Source of the DNA: Candidatus Bathyarchaeia archaeon
GTDB lineage: Archaea; Thermoproteota; Bathyarchaeia; Bathyarchaeales; Bathycorpusculaceae
DNA length: 43,661 nt
Reading direction: 5' to 3'
Assembly (NCBI GenBank): GCA_038883795.1
Contig: JAVZLK010000009.1
Coordinates: forward strand, 1 to 43,661
Positions within the stretch are counted from its first letter, which is position 1, and the number at the start of each line of letters is the position of its first letter. The notes beneath the pieces were generated by a model that ran no database searches, was not told the origin of the DNA, and saw only the letters and a list, made by a program, of their open reading frames with translations. Position numbers and translations under genes: made by a program. Below are positions 19,479 to 28,251 of the stretch, piece by piece.

Positions 19479-19894
19479 GAAAAGTTCTAAAAACCATACT
19501 GGAAGAAGAAGGATATAGTGTTGACACTGCTGCAAATGGTAAAGAAGCCATCAGAAAATCCTACAAAAAATTCTACAACCTAGCCCTTATAGACATTAGG
19601 CTTCCAGACATGGAAGGAACAAAACTCCTAAAAAGAATTAAAGAGACTGTGCCGAAAATGCGAAAAATAATTATTACGGGCTATCCGTCACTTCAAAATG
19701 CCATAGAAGCATTAAACAAAGGAGCAGACGGCTACATAGTAAAACCTTTTGACATTCCAGAAGTTCTAACAAAAATTAAGGAGCAGTTGAGGAAGCAGGA
19801 AGAAGAGAAAAAATACAGTCAAGAGAAAGTCAAAGAATTCATAGAAACCCGCGTGAAAGAACTGGCAGAAGAAACCATAACCAACAAAAAGTAG
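19430..19894 (+). CDS. Response regulator receiver protein without DNA-binding output
   Basis: ILVVDDD, phosphoacceptor LIDIRLP, ITG, KPF; GGAGGTGA SD; short helical C-terminal tail. Confidence 0.92.
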   Translation: MVKDARILVVDDDESIRKVLKTILEEEGYSVDTAANGKEAIRKSYKKFYNLALIDIRLPDMEGTKLLKRIKETVPKMRKIIITGYPSLQNAIEALNKGADGYIVKPFDIPEVLTKIKEQLRKQEEEKKYSQEKVKEFIETRVKELAEETITNKK

Positions 19895-19927
19895 ACCGTG
19901 TTTTAATGTGAGTTTAAATTTTTATTG

Positions 19928-19941
19928 GAAAAGTTTATTTC
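19928..19941 (+). promoter_or_regulatory. BRE/TATA promoter of the rpl15e operon
   Basis: GAAAAG-TTTATTTC about 100 nt upstream of the ATG, implying a ~70-nt leader. Confidence 0.55.
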
Positions 19942-19965
19942 ACTCCAAAGTGCTATGAAACAGAA

Positions 19966-20039
19966 GCGCTGGCGGATAATTTTCCGCTGGGATGTAGCCC
20001 CCTAAAGGCTGAACCATAAACTAATGGAGAGGTGAAAAT
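19966..20039 (+). ncRNA. Candidate structured rpl15e 5' leader
   Basis: Hairpin CTGGCGGA-TAATTT-TCCGCTGG, then GATGT-AGCC-CCCTAAA-GGCT-GAACC, then CCAT-AAACTA-ATGG abutting SD GAGGTGA. Confidence 0.6.
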
Positions 20040-20618
20040 ATGGCGTATAAATATATTGCAGAAGCATGGGCTAAACCAGAAAAATCCTTCGTAGACGAGT
20101 TAATGCGTCAAAGACTAATAGAGTGGCGCAGACAGCCAGCTATAACCCGCGTGGAAAAACCCACGAGGCTGGATAGAGCTAGAAAATTAGGCTACAAAGC
20201 AAAACAGGGCTTCATCATAGTTCGGGTCCGCGTTAGAAGAGGTGGACTGCGAAAAAAGAGGCCTAAGGCTGGAAGACGACCAAAGCGTATGGGTGTTAAA
20301 AAGTTTAAGCCAGCCAAAAGCATGCGCTTAATCGCTGAAGAAAAAGCGGCAAGAAAGTTTCCAAACCTTGAAGTTTTAAACTCTTACTGGGTAGGCGAAG
20401 ACGGACGCTCAAAATGGTTCGAAGTCATAATGGTCGACCCAAACCACCCAGCAATAGCAGCAGACAAAGACATAAACTGGATAACTCAAAAACAGCATCG
20501 CGGAAGAGTTTTCAGAGGCTTAACAAGCGCAGGCAAAAAAGTTAGAGGCTTAAGAACGAAGGGGCGTGGAGCAGAAAAACTTAGACCAAGCAGAAAAGCT
20601 GCCAGAGGAGAAAAATAA
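20040..20618 (+). CDS. rpl15e: 50S ribosomal protein L15e
   Basis: [43 protein letters not shown]. Confidence 0.98.
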   Translation: MAYKYIAEAWAKPEKSFVDELMRQRLIEWRRQPAITRVEKPTRLDRARKLGYKAKQGFIIVRVRVRRGGLRKKRPKAGRRPKRMGVKKFKPAKSMRLIAEEKAARKFPNLEVLNSYWVGEDGRSKWFEVIMVDPNHPAIAADKDINWITQKQHRGRVFRGLTSAGKKVRGLRTKGRGAEKLRPSRKAARGEK

Positions 20619-20621
20619 CGC

Positions 20622-20861
20622 ATGATTATGGCGCTTAAGCCAAAAGTTTTCAAAAAGGGCGGAAAACAGCGTTATGGAAAGGGTTTCAGCCGCGAAGAAC
20701 TTAAAAAGGCTGGAATAAGCCTAAAAGAAGCCTTAAAATCTGGAATTCCAGTGGATTTCAGGCGAAAAACAGTTCACATGGAAAATGTTAAGGCCGTTAA
20801 AGCCTTCATAGAAAAAGAGAAACCCAAGCCCAAAAAATCTAAGGGAAAATCTAAAAGTTAG
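20622..20861 (+). CDS. rpl13e: 50S ribosomal protein L13e (short archaeal form)
   Basis: R.GKGFS.EELKKAGI...A...GIPVD.RRKT...ENV core motif. Confidence 0.85.
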   Translation: MIMALKPKVFKKGGKQRYGKGFSREELKKAGISLKEALKSGIPVDFRRKTVHMENVKAVKAFIEKEKPKPKKSKGKSKS

Positions 20862-20892
20862 AGAATGCTTTAATGAAAATAGTGATGAGGTT

Positions 20893-21339
20893 TTGTCTTC
20901 TAAAATTCCAATAGGATACATTGACATAAGGGTTTTCGCCCACGCCACAGAAGAGGTAGATAAAGTTTTGAACGCTGTCCACAACCTCCTTCCAGCAGAA
21001 GTGGTTGACACAATCACTTTTAAAAGAACTGTTTTAACTGGACATCATGGAAACCCCATAACCCTTTTAGAAGCGAGAGTTAAAGATAAAAACGCCGTTC
21101 AAGCAGTTTTTAAGAAATTAGCCTCCAGTTTAAGCCCCTTAGACAAGAAGCTTTTACGAAATGAGATTAAACAGCATTTGGAAGGGGGAAACCTTTACAT
21201 TAGAATTGACAAACAATCAGCCTACCTAAATGAGGTTAAACTTTGCACAACAGACCCCATCCACTTCCGAATACACTTCCAAAAGCATAATCCAGAGGAA
21301 ATAATTGAAATCTGCAGAAAATTTGGGTTGCTACCATGA
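20893..21339 (+). CDS. COG1325 predicted RNA-binding protein (exosome superoperon)
   Basis: HATEEVDKV, GHHGNPI, LYIRIDKQSAY. Confidence 0.88.
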   Translation: MSSKIPIGYIDIRVFAHATEEVDKVLNAVHNLLPAEVVDTITFKRTVLTGHHGNPITLLEARVKDKNAVQAVFKKLASSLSPLDKKLLRNEIKQHLEGGNLYIRIDKQSAYLNEVKLCTTDPIHFRIHFQKHNPEEIIEICRKFGLLP

Positions 21340-22070
21340 AAAGAGTATACGCTGATTTGCATTTATGCCCAAACCTTAATGACTTGAAAAAAGTTGCTAA
21401 CATGATTAGTAAAGCCTCAAAGCTTGGATACAGCCTCATAGCCATAACTTTTTCATTAACCGCGAAGAAAGAAGAAATTGAAAAAATGCGAAACATGTGC
21501 GGAGAATACAAGATGGATATGGCTTCTAGAACAGACCTAAAACCCAGAACCCCAAAAGAGCTAATATACAGTCTAAGAAAGTTTAGAAGAAAATTTGAAA
21601 TAATTGCGGTAATTTGCGAATCCAAAACCATTGCGAGGCAAGCAGCAAAAGACCGCCGCGTAGATCTCCTAAACTTTCCGTCCCCTAATCCTCACCAAAG
21701 ATTTTTTGATAAGGCAGAAGCTGAATTGGCTTCGAAAGCTTTAGCATCCTTTGAAATTGACATAAAATCGCTCCTCACCTTAGAGGGTCCAGCGAGGGTT
21801 AGGCTTCTTTCGAGTTTGCGGAAAGAAACGGCAATTGCTCAAAAATTTCATGTACCAATAGTCATATCAAGCGGCGCTTCCGACGAATTTCTCATGCGAA
21901 AGCCAATGGATATGGCTTTTTTGGCTTCGCTCTTCGACTTGGACGAGGCATCAGCAATGGAGGCGGTTTCAAAAAATCCAATTCAAATCATCAAAAGAAA
22001 TAGGGAAAATCTCAGTCCAAAGTTTGTTGCGCCTGGAATAAAGATAGTTCGTAAGGGGAAGGATTGTTGA
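21336..22070 (+). CDS. rnp3: RNase P protein component 3 (Rpp30)
   Basis: PHP-like ADLH, RVDLL, PIVISSGA...MRKP; operon context. Confidence 0.88.
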   Translation: MKRVYADLHLCPNLNDLKKVANMISKASKLGYSLIAITFSLTAKKEEIEKMRNMCGEYKMDMASRTDLKPRTPKELIYSLRKFRRKFEIIAVICESKTIARQAAKDRRVDLLNFPSPNPHQRFFDKAEAELASKALASFEIDIKSLLTLEGPARVRLLSSLRKETAIAQKFHVPIVISSGASDEFLMRKPMDMAFLASLFDLDEASAMEAVSKNPIQIIKRNRENLSPKFVAPGIKIVRKGKDC

Positions 22071-22393
22071 AGAAAGTGAGGCGGCGCTATTTAGCCTTAA
22101 AAATAGATTCTAATGAAACTTTTAGCTCAAAAGATTTTATGGACGCTGTTTGGAACGCAATTTCAAAGCTTTATGGGGAATATGGTGCAAGCCAAACAGG
22201 CTTAGCCCTAATTGATTACGATATGGAGAAGGAGTTTGCTGTTTTACGTGCTGCGCATACGGCTGTTAAAATGGTTAGAACAGCCCTAGCATCAATAACA
22301 AAAATTGGAAATAAACCAGCAACTATTCATGTTTTAACGGTTTCTGGAACAATAAAAGCTCTTTACAAGAAATTGGAAAATACGCTTTTGTAG
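22064..22393 (+). CDS. rnp2: RNase P protein component 2 (Pop5/Rpp14)
   Basis: RRRYL, LYGEYGA, VSGTIKAL. Confidence 0.9.
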   Translation: MLKKVRRRYLALKIDSNETFSSKDFMDAVWNAISKLYGEYGASQTGLALIDYDMEKEFAVLRAAHTAVKMVRTALASITKIGNKPATIHVLTVSGTIKALYKKLENTLL

Positions 22394-22405
22394 AAAGTTT
22401 ATTTG
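22393..22405 (+). promoter_or_regulatory. BRE/TATA promoter of the C/D sRNA
   Basis: GAAAG-TTTATTTG about 25-30 nt upstream of GGGG at 22428. Confidence 0.6.
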
Positions 22406-22427
22406 ACAGTTTTCAGTTTTATACTTT

Positions 22428-22491
22428 GGGGAATGATGTAGCCGTCCCAGTCTGATTTATGCAGATGAGGAACTCATGACGGACAGACCCC
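22428..22491 (+). ncRNA. Box C/D guide sRNA (two predicted 23S rRNA guides)
   Basis: Terminal stem (TTT)GGGG/CCCC(AAA); box C ATGATGT 22433; D' CTGA 22452; C' CAGATGA 22462; D CAGA 22484; guides AGCCGTCCCAGT and GGAACTCATGACGGA. Confidence 0.85.
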
Positions 22492-22504
22492 AAAAACCTA
22501 ACAA

Positions 22505-23191
22505 TTACAAGCGAAAACGAGCTTCCCGAGCCTTCTTCCTTTTTAACCCGAAAACTAAAGCCAGAAACATTCCAGCAAGGAAACCACCAATATGCGCCCA
22601 ATAAGCAACCCCACCAGCAATATCGAAGATTCCGTAAAACCACTGCAATAAAAACCAAACTCCCAAAAAGATGAAGGCGGGCAAGGGCAAAATAGCATAA
22701 AAAACTAATGTTAAAATCTTTGCGTTGGGATAAAGAACAAAATAGGCGCCTAAAACTCCAGAAATCGCTCCAGAAGCCCCTACAACACCCTCAGCTAAGC
22801 TTCCCATTTCATGGAAAAATAGTATGCTTAAAATATGTGTGAACGCCGCAGCCACTCCAGAAAGTAAATAGAAACCTATATACCCCACATGCCCAAATAC
22901 ATCTTCAACATTATCTCCAAAAACATAAAGAAAAAGCATATTTCCCAACAAATGAAGCCATCCAGCATGCATAAACATTGAAGTGAAAAGCGTGTAAAGC
23001 CGCTGCCCATGAATTATCTCGTTTGGAAACATCACAAATTCTTGTTCCATTTCACCCGCAAACCGAGAGTTTAAAAAAATGTTACTGTTTGAAAGCCAAT
23101 ATACAGTGAAAATGATGATGTTTGCAATTAAAATTAGACGGTTAACGTGAGGAGTCGTTAAAGACTTATTAATATCTCTAAGCGGAAGCAA
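22505..23191 (-). CDS. Rhomboid intramembrane serine protease
   Basis: TSMFMHAGWLHLLGNM, FGDNVED, GASGAISG, AYWAHIGGF. Confidence 0.95.
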   Translation of the reverse strand: MLPLRDINKSLTTPHVNRLILIANIIIFTVYWLSNSNIFLNSRFAGEMEQEFVMFPNEIIHGQRLYTLFTSMFMHAGWLHLLGNMLFLYVFGDNVEDVFGHVGYIGFYLLSGVAAAFTHILSILFFHEMGSLAEGVVGASGAISGVLGAYFVLYPNAKILTLVFYAILPLPAFIFLGVWFLLQWFYGIFDIAGGVAYWAHIGGFLAGMFLALVFGLKRKKAREARFRL

Positions 23192-23236
23192 ACATCACTC
23201 ACTGAACTGAATAAAAACCCTACAGAGTATTTATGT

Positions 23237-23599
23237 TTAATGAATGAGACATTCAACCATTTTATCACACACTAGACACTCATCCGGAATGGATGTGCCC
23301 TTAGGACGTTTCTTTAAATATCCAAGGAAATGCTTACACTCCACCGCACTTTCATGCTTAACCTCAGCCTTCTTAACTTTTTCAGAAGAAGACGAAACCT
23401 CTTCTTCTTTTCTCTCTTTAGAATCTTTTATCACAGCTACTTTAGTGAGACAACGAGGACACGCATAATATGTTTGCGCATGCCCACGAGAGTTAACGGT
23501 TGCCAAAATCGGTTTTTGGAATGTTCCATGACATTCGCTGCATTTAAAGAAAATTTGATGACCTTCTTCAAGCTTTAAGGATGTTAAGCTTTTCTCCAT
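23237..23599 (-). CDS. Cys-rich zinc-finger hypothetical protein
   Basis: CSEC..CPRC ribbon, charged linker, C-terminal CKHFLGYL..IPDECLVC..MVEC; GGTG SD. Confidence 0.75.
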   Translation of the reverse strand: MEKSLTSLKLEEGHQIFFKCSECHGTFQKPILATVNSRGHAQTYYACPRCLTKVAVIKDSKERKEEEVSSSSEKVKKAEVKHESAVECKHFLGYLKKRPKGTSIPDECLVCDKMVECLIH

Positions 23600-23764
23600 T
23601 TTATTGCACCATCACTATGTATAGCAAATATTAATATTTAATAAATCTTTTTGCGTACATGTCCAACAAAAAGACACAAAAGAAAATTTAACAAAAATAA
23701 AACTCTCACCTTCTAATTCCAAATACAGATTCTGCCTTCACAACATTATTATTTCCTCAACCCT

Positions 23765-24082
23765 ATGGAATTTTGGGTGCAAAATTTGAGCGCCTGGCAT
23801 GAACTTGAAGATTTACAAAAGAAAAGGGCAGAACTAGAATTTCAACTCCACTCACTAGAAGAAAAAGAAAGGACACTTGAAGAGAAAGCAAGAATAATGC
23901 AAGAAAAACTCGCCATCCAAGAACTAGAAGAACACCTCAAGATCAAACATGAGGCTGTAGAGCAACTAGAATCAAAAATCATGGAACTCGAAAAAAGAAT
24001 AAAAGAGCAAGAAAAGAAACAAGAACGCCCCATAATCTCCGAACCCCAAGAGGAAGAAAAAACAGAATACTTCTTCCATTAA
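23765..24082 (+). CDS. Coiled-coil hypothetical protein
   Basis: E/K/Q/L heptad-rich sequence; start uncertain. Confidence 0.65.
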   Translation: MEFWVQNLSAWHELEDLQKKRAELEFQLHSLEEKERTLEEKARIMQEKLAIQELEEHLKIKHEAVEQLESKIMELEKRIKEQEKKQERPIISEPQEEEKTEYFFH

Positions 24083-24098
24083 ACCGTATTTTAAAATA

Positions 24099-24172
24099 TG
24101 GGCCTGCCCGGATTCGAACCGGGGACCTTCGCCGCGTGAGGGCGACGTCCTAACCAACTAGACCACAGGCCC
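24099..24172 (-). tRNA. tRNA-Val(CAC)
   Basis: GGGCCTG/CAGGCCC acceptor stem, TCGCC-CTCACGC-GGCGA anticodon arm, TTCGAAT T-loop; no encoded CCA, no intron. Confidence 0.96.
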
Positions 24173-24296
24173 TTCCACCTTATTTTACTCTTTTAACTCT
24201 CATAATCTTTGCTATAGAATCTGAAATACATATTCTTATTTCATAAAATCTTTCCAGAAGGACATTTTAAAAAGTTCACAATAGGGCGAACTATTC

Positions 24297-24413
24297 ATGG
24301 CCGCTTCAAAAAACGAGGAAACATTTGAGAAGAAAGAAAAGTTTTTGATGATGCTATGTTTTCTGATCTTCGCTCTAATTGGCTATTTCTTAACCCATTA
24401 TTTTAAATTTTAG
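24297..24413 (+). CDS. 38-aa single-pass membrane microprotein (not in ORF track)
   Basis: MAASKNEETFEKKEKFLMMLCFLIFALIGYFLTHYFKF; upstream TTTTAAAA box. Confidence 0.5.
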   Translation: MAASKNEETFEKKEKFLMMLCFLIFALIGYFLTHYFKF

Positions 24414-24414
24414 C

Positions 24415-24576
24415 TTAATTTTCCTTCACAACAACATCTTTAACATCCTTAACCCAAGGAATGTAAATAGCATCCTCTCGGAACCAATCAAGCAGTTCCT
24501 GCACTATTCTTCCATTGTCTTCAACAGCGCTTTCCGCCACCAACTCAACGGTTATTATTGCCTTTTTCTTTTTCAC
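24415..24576 (-). CDS. 53-aa hypothetical protein (not in ORF track)
   Basis: GTG start after purine-rich GAAGGGATGG; MKKKKAIITVELVAESAVEDNGRIVQELLDWFREDAIYIPWVKDVKDVVVKEN; stop is 1 bp from the convergent ORF's stop. Confidence 0.65.
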   Translation of the reverse strand: MKKKKAIITVELVAESAVEDNGRIVQELLDWFREDAIYIPWVKDVKDVVVKEN

Positions 24577-24877
24577 AACCCATCCCTTCTTAGCGCATTT
24601 AACTTTAACTTTTAAAGTTTTAAAGGATGTTTCCCTTTCTGATGTATTAAAAATTAGGATTCTGAATCAGAACAACTATGAAACAATGTTCCATAAACCT
24701 TTTCTATAACCAAAAACGCTGATTTAAACTTGGGGTGCAAGTCCGGGAAATTCGCATAAATTTCTCCCTTCTCTCCCTTCTCCTTCGACAAGGTGAGAAA
24801 ACTTGCGCCCCAACCTTCTTCTGCTAACAAATTCAGAAAACTTAAAAGCAAAACTGCACTTGATTAAATTGCAAATA

Positions 24878-24954
24878 GCCGAGGTAGCTCAGCCTGGGAG
24901 AGCGCCCGGCTGAAGACCGGGTTGTCGCCGGTTCAAGTCCGGCCCTCGGCACCA
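24878..24954 (+). tRNA. tRNA-Phe(GAA)
   Basis: GCCGAGG/CCTCGGC stem, CCCGG-CTGAAGA-CCGGG anticodon arm, TTCAAGT T-loop, encoded ACCA; upstream GAAAA-CTTAAAA promoter. Confidence 0.97.
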
Positions 24955-24964
24955 GAATGCTATT

Positions 24965-26221
24965 TTAAAATAGAAAATAAATTAGAAGTGCGGTTATGAA
25001 AGTCACTAAAAATGATGGAACTACGTATTTGTAGGTTTTTCCGAGAGAGCATTTGAAATATTCTGCTGTGAATGTGAAGCAGAGATGGGTTGGCGCTATT
25101 ATGTATCCGAGGTAGGCGCTCATGTAAATGAGTGAGGCAACACTTGGCAGGAACTGTATTATTCCTTCCATTATTGAAACGCTTATGGATATTCCTGCTA
25201 GGGGTGAACCAGTAAGAAATCCTAAAACGCTTGGAATTATTGTTAAAAGGGCTACAATGTTGATGTTTCCGTTCGAAACGAGAGTGTTGAAGACTTCAGA
25301 AACTCCTGTAGCCTTAATAACATTTCTTAGTAAGAAAGCTCCATAAGTTGCAAGTGTAATTGCGTAAATTCCGCTGTTTTTTAAAGGTTTTGTGAGGACG
25401 TTTGAGTTTGGTTTTGAAATAAAAATTAAAACTGATATTCCAAGAAGTGTTGCTATGAACACGTCAAAACCTTGCTGAGACAAATTTAAACCAGTTAAAC
25501 CTAAAGCGACAACCATAAAGATTGTCGCCAAAATCGGAGAAAAGGAAACAAAAGATTCCCTTATGTTTAAGACTAAACTGCTTTCTCCTAGGGGTTCTGG
25601 GTTTTTAGCATAGGGAACTTTCCAAAATGCAATAAAGTATCCAACCAACACCATAACAATGACCACTGGAATTTGGCGCAAAATTATCAGGAACATGGGT
25701 ACACCAGTAAGGGCAGCGGTCGTTATTAGCAACTGACTAATTGGGTATACCGGAAAAATTGTGTGTCTAAACCATAAATTTATGTAAGTTTTCTTTTCAG
25801 GCGATAACTTCAATTTTTCTGTTTCTTCATCTACTATTGGCGCTGACATTAACGCTCCACCAGCCACTGGGAGAAAACCAATAATGGCTGGGAGAACACT
25901 TGAAATTATTTTCGAATTTTTAACGATTTTGCTTAAGCTTTCGCTTAGGCGCTTAATTTCTCCTGTTTCGTTATAGAGTTGGCTTAAAAAGGTAATTCCA
26001 AAGGTTGCAAGCACAACCAAAATTGCTTGCATGCCCTCAACCTTTGAATAATCCGTGGTGTCAAAAACTACCTTTGGAATATTTGTCCAGTCAAGCGTAA
26101 GCAAAGCCAAAAGCAATGCTGTAGCATTTAATGTTATCGCCAAATTCACACGCTTATACAACAGCACTCCAAGAAAGGAGAATGTAAGGATAACTGCTGT
26201 TAGAGGGGCAAGGAATCCCAT
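24965..26221 (-). CDS. DUF401-family membrane protein (IT-superfamily-like transporter)
   Basis: PAIIGFLPVAGGALMSAP, NLWFRH, PTHLC; about 11 hydrophobic helices. Confidence 0.85.
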   Translation of the reverse strand: MGFLAPLTAVILTFSFLGVLLYKRVNLAITLNATALLLALLTLDWTNIPKVVFDTTDYSKVEGMQAILVVLATFGITFLSQLYNETGEIKRLSESLSKIVKNSKIISSVLPAIIGFLPVAGGALMSAPIVDEETEKLKLSPEKKTYINLWFRHTIFPVYPISQLLITTAALTGVPMFLIILRQIPVVIVMVLVGYFIAFWKVPYAKNPEPLGESSLVLNIRESFVSFSPILATIFMVVALGLTGLNLSQQGFDVFIATLLGISVLIFISKPNSNVLTKPLKNSGIYAITLATYGAFLLRNVIKATGVSEVFNTLVSNGNINIVALLTIIPSVLGFLTGSPLAGISISVSIMEGIIQFLPSVASLIYMSAYLGYIIAPTHLCFTFTAEYFKCSLGKTYKYVVPSFLVTFITALLIYFLF

Positions 26222-26326
26222 CGAGTTGGTTCTCCATTTAATTAGATGTGTAGAAAGAGCAAAATATTTGCCACCTTCTTAATTCTTTCGTTTGATATAG
26301 AAAGTTTCCACTAATCGCATGATGGG

Positions 26327-26743
26327 TTGTTTATGAAACGAAAGATTTTCATTTCAGGTCCTATCCAAGGCATGGAAGAAAAACAGTTTTATAGGCAAAT
26401 TATCCGCGAAATTTGTTTCCGCTGCGGCTACGAACCAATTGACCCTTGGGAACGTGAAAAAATTATTTATCGTGGAACCGAGCCTGGCTGGTGGAATAAG
26501 GTTCCAGCAGCAAATTTCATAAAGAGAGATTTGGAAGATATAGAAAAATGTGACATCTTAGTTGCATATCTTCCAGAACTTTCAGCTGGAACATGTATGG
26601 AACTCTTCTATGCCAAGCTAAAGGGAAAAAGAACCATCTGCATATGCAAAATTGAAAACCCTAGCCCATGGATAATAATCCACTCAGACGTAATTCTGAA
26701 AAAGATAGAAGAACTCGAAAACATCCTAAAACCAACGCCCTAA
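26327..26743 (+). CDS. Nucleoside 2-deoxyribosyltransferase-like protein
   Basis: IFISGP, DLEDIEKCDILVA, SAGTCMELFYA. Start probably ATG 26333. Confidence 0.8.
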   Translation: MFMKRKIFISGPIQGMEEKQFYRQIIREICFRCGYEPIDPWEREKIIYRGTEPGWWNKVPAANFIKRDLEDIEKCDILVAYLPELSAGTCMELFYAKLKGKRTICICKIENPSPWIIIHSDVILKKIEELENILKPTP

Positions 26744-26814
26744 AACCTTTATCACCAAACTCTTTTTAGAAAAAGAAAATAAGAACCTTAACAAAATCTC
26801 TTTAGCCAATACAA

Positions 26815-26892
26815 GCGGTCGTAGTCTAGCCTGGTCTAGGACATCAGCCTGCCACGCTGACGACCCGGGTTCAAATCCCGGCGACCGCACCA
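26815..26892 (+). tRNA. tRNA-Gly(GCC)
   Basis: GCGGTCG/CGACCGC stem, TCAGC-CTGCCAC-GCTGA anticodon arm, TTCAAAT T-loop, encoded ACCA. Confidence 0.97.
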
Positions 26893-27005
26893 ACAACACA
26901 TACTAATTTTCCTTGAAACAATAAAACTGCAGGATCTTGCAGAAAATCTAGAGAGGGTAGGTCCGTATTGGTTTGATTTTACGCCAAAAGTATGGAAAAC
27001 GAAGG

Positions 27006-27752
27006 TTAACGGTTTATTTTGTTTAAAATTTTTGGAAACATCCTGTAAAGTATACAGACATTCTTTACGATGAAATCTGGTTTTTGTTGATTTTTCTTCA
27101 ACTCTTTAAGGGAGTAAAACTGTGATGGAACAAAAATTGTCTTCATTCCAGCCTTTTTTGCACCTGCTATGTCTTCTGCTGGGCTATCTCCAACGTAAAC
27201 TGCTTCTTCCGCTTTTACTTTAAGCCTCTGTAAAGCTTCTTGAAAAATTTTTATGTGTGGTTTGCGCCAGCCCACGTCTTCCGAAACTAAAACTACGTTG
27301 AAGAAGTGGTTTATGCCTAATTTTCTGAGACCAGCGTAAATTACGGGTGCGTATGTAAAGTTCGAAATTACGCCCAACTTATACTCCGTGGAAGCTTTCT
27401 CTAAGAGCCTTTTTGCGCATGGTCTAAGCTCCAGCGAGTTTAAATAGTCTTCGAAGAATATGTTTACAGCTGTTTTTATGCGTACATCTTCAAGGCTTGC
27501 CTTAAATCCAAGATTATTTAGGGCTTCTGAAATCCAAACGGCGTTTGTCACTTCCACTAATTTTTCGTATCTTATAACACGATATTTCTCGTGGGCTTGA
27601 GTGTAGGCTTCCAAAAAACTTTCTGTGGTGATGTTAAAGCCCGCATCAACTAAAGCCTTATGCAGTTTCATTTTCGAGTTTTCTAGATTGTAGTTTTTGA
27701 CGTTTGTCAGTGTGCCGATGAAGTCGAAGATTACTGCTTTTATATGTGGCAA
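27006..27752 (-). CDS. HAD-superfamily hydrolase
   Basis: FDFIGTL, ISN, KPH..IF, YVGDS..EDI.GAK. Confidence 0.9.
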   Translation of the reverse strand: MPHIKAVIFDFIGTLTNVKNYNLENSKMKLHKALVDAGFNITTESFLEAYTQAHEKYRVIRYEKLVEVTNAVWISEALNNLGFKASLEDVRIKTAVNIFFEDYLNSLELRPCAKRLLEKASTEYKLGVISNFTYAPVIYAGLRKLGINHFFNVVLVSEDVGWRKPHIKIFQEALQRLKVKAEEAVYVGDSPAEDIAGAKKAGMKTIFVPSQFYSLKELKKNQQKPDFIVKNVCILYRMFPKILNKINR

Positions 27753-27861
27753 GGCTATACCTTTTCCATTTTATGTTTATTATTAATTCATTTCTGCAAT
27801 GTTTATTTCCACATAATAATATTTACGTATACGTTCGCTAATTTGACATATTTGAACATCA

Positions 27862-28251
27862 ATGTCCTTCAGAGAATATTTACATGAGAAAGCTGAAGAG
27901 TCAAGGCATAACGAGTCAGTAGCCTACCTCATGTTTTTGGCTGGCGTAGTGTTTTTTGTTGGCGGAATGTTAGAAACCATAAGCTTAGCTAAAGCAATTT
28001 TTTCTGAACAACCAGAATGGTTCATCTTCATACCATATTATGCACAAGCGCATCCAGGTGCAATCTTGGGATTAGCCATGATAATTTGTGGTTTATCTTT
28101 GATGGTTTTGGGAATAGCCTTCGGCATAAACTATTCAAGAGATAGAAGCTGGTATATGCAAGAGCTTCGCAAGGCAAACTCTTTAGAAGAGGCTATGATG
28201 CAAGGCAAGCCTGTAAAAAATGTGCTTAAGAAGAAAAGGACGAAAGCCTAA
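27862..28251 (+). CDS. Two-TM hypothetical membrane protein
   Basis: Two hydrophobic helices flanked by charged termini. Confidence 0.75.
   Translation: MSFREYLHEKAEESRHNESVAYLMFLAGVVFFVGGMLETISLAKAIFSEQPEWFIFIPYYAQAHPGAILGLAMIICGLSLMVLGIAFGINYSRDRSWYMQELRKANSLEEAMMQGKPVKNVLKKKRTKA

Noticed and set aside
22419-22658. 79-aa minus-strand ORF
   Set aside because: Overlaps the rhomboid gene out of frame and the C/D sRNA.
23627-23640. Palindrome AAATATTAATATTT
   Set aside because: AT-only sequence in an AT-rich promoter region, expected by chance.
23972-24157. 61-aa ORF on the minus strand
   Set aside because: Starts inside tRNA-Val and is antisense to the coiled-coil gene.
24099-26892. Three tRNAs as possible integration sites
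   Set aside because: No integrase, no duplicated tRNA 3' end and no viral or plasmid genes seen.
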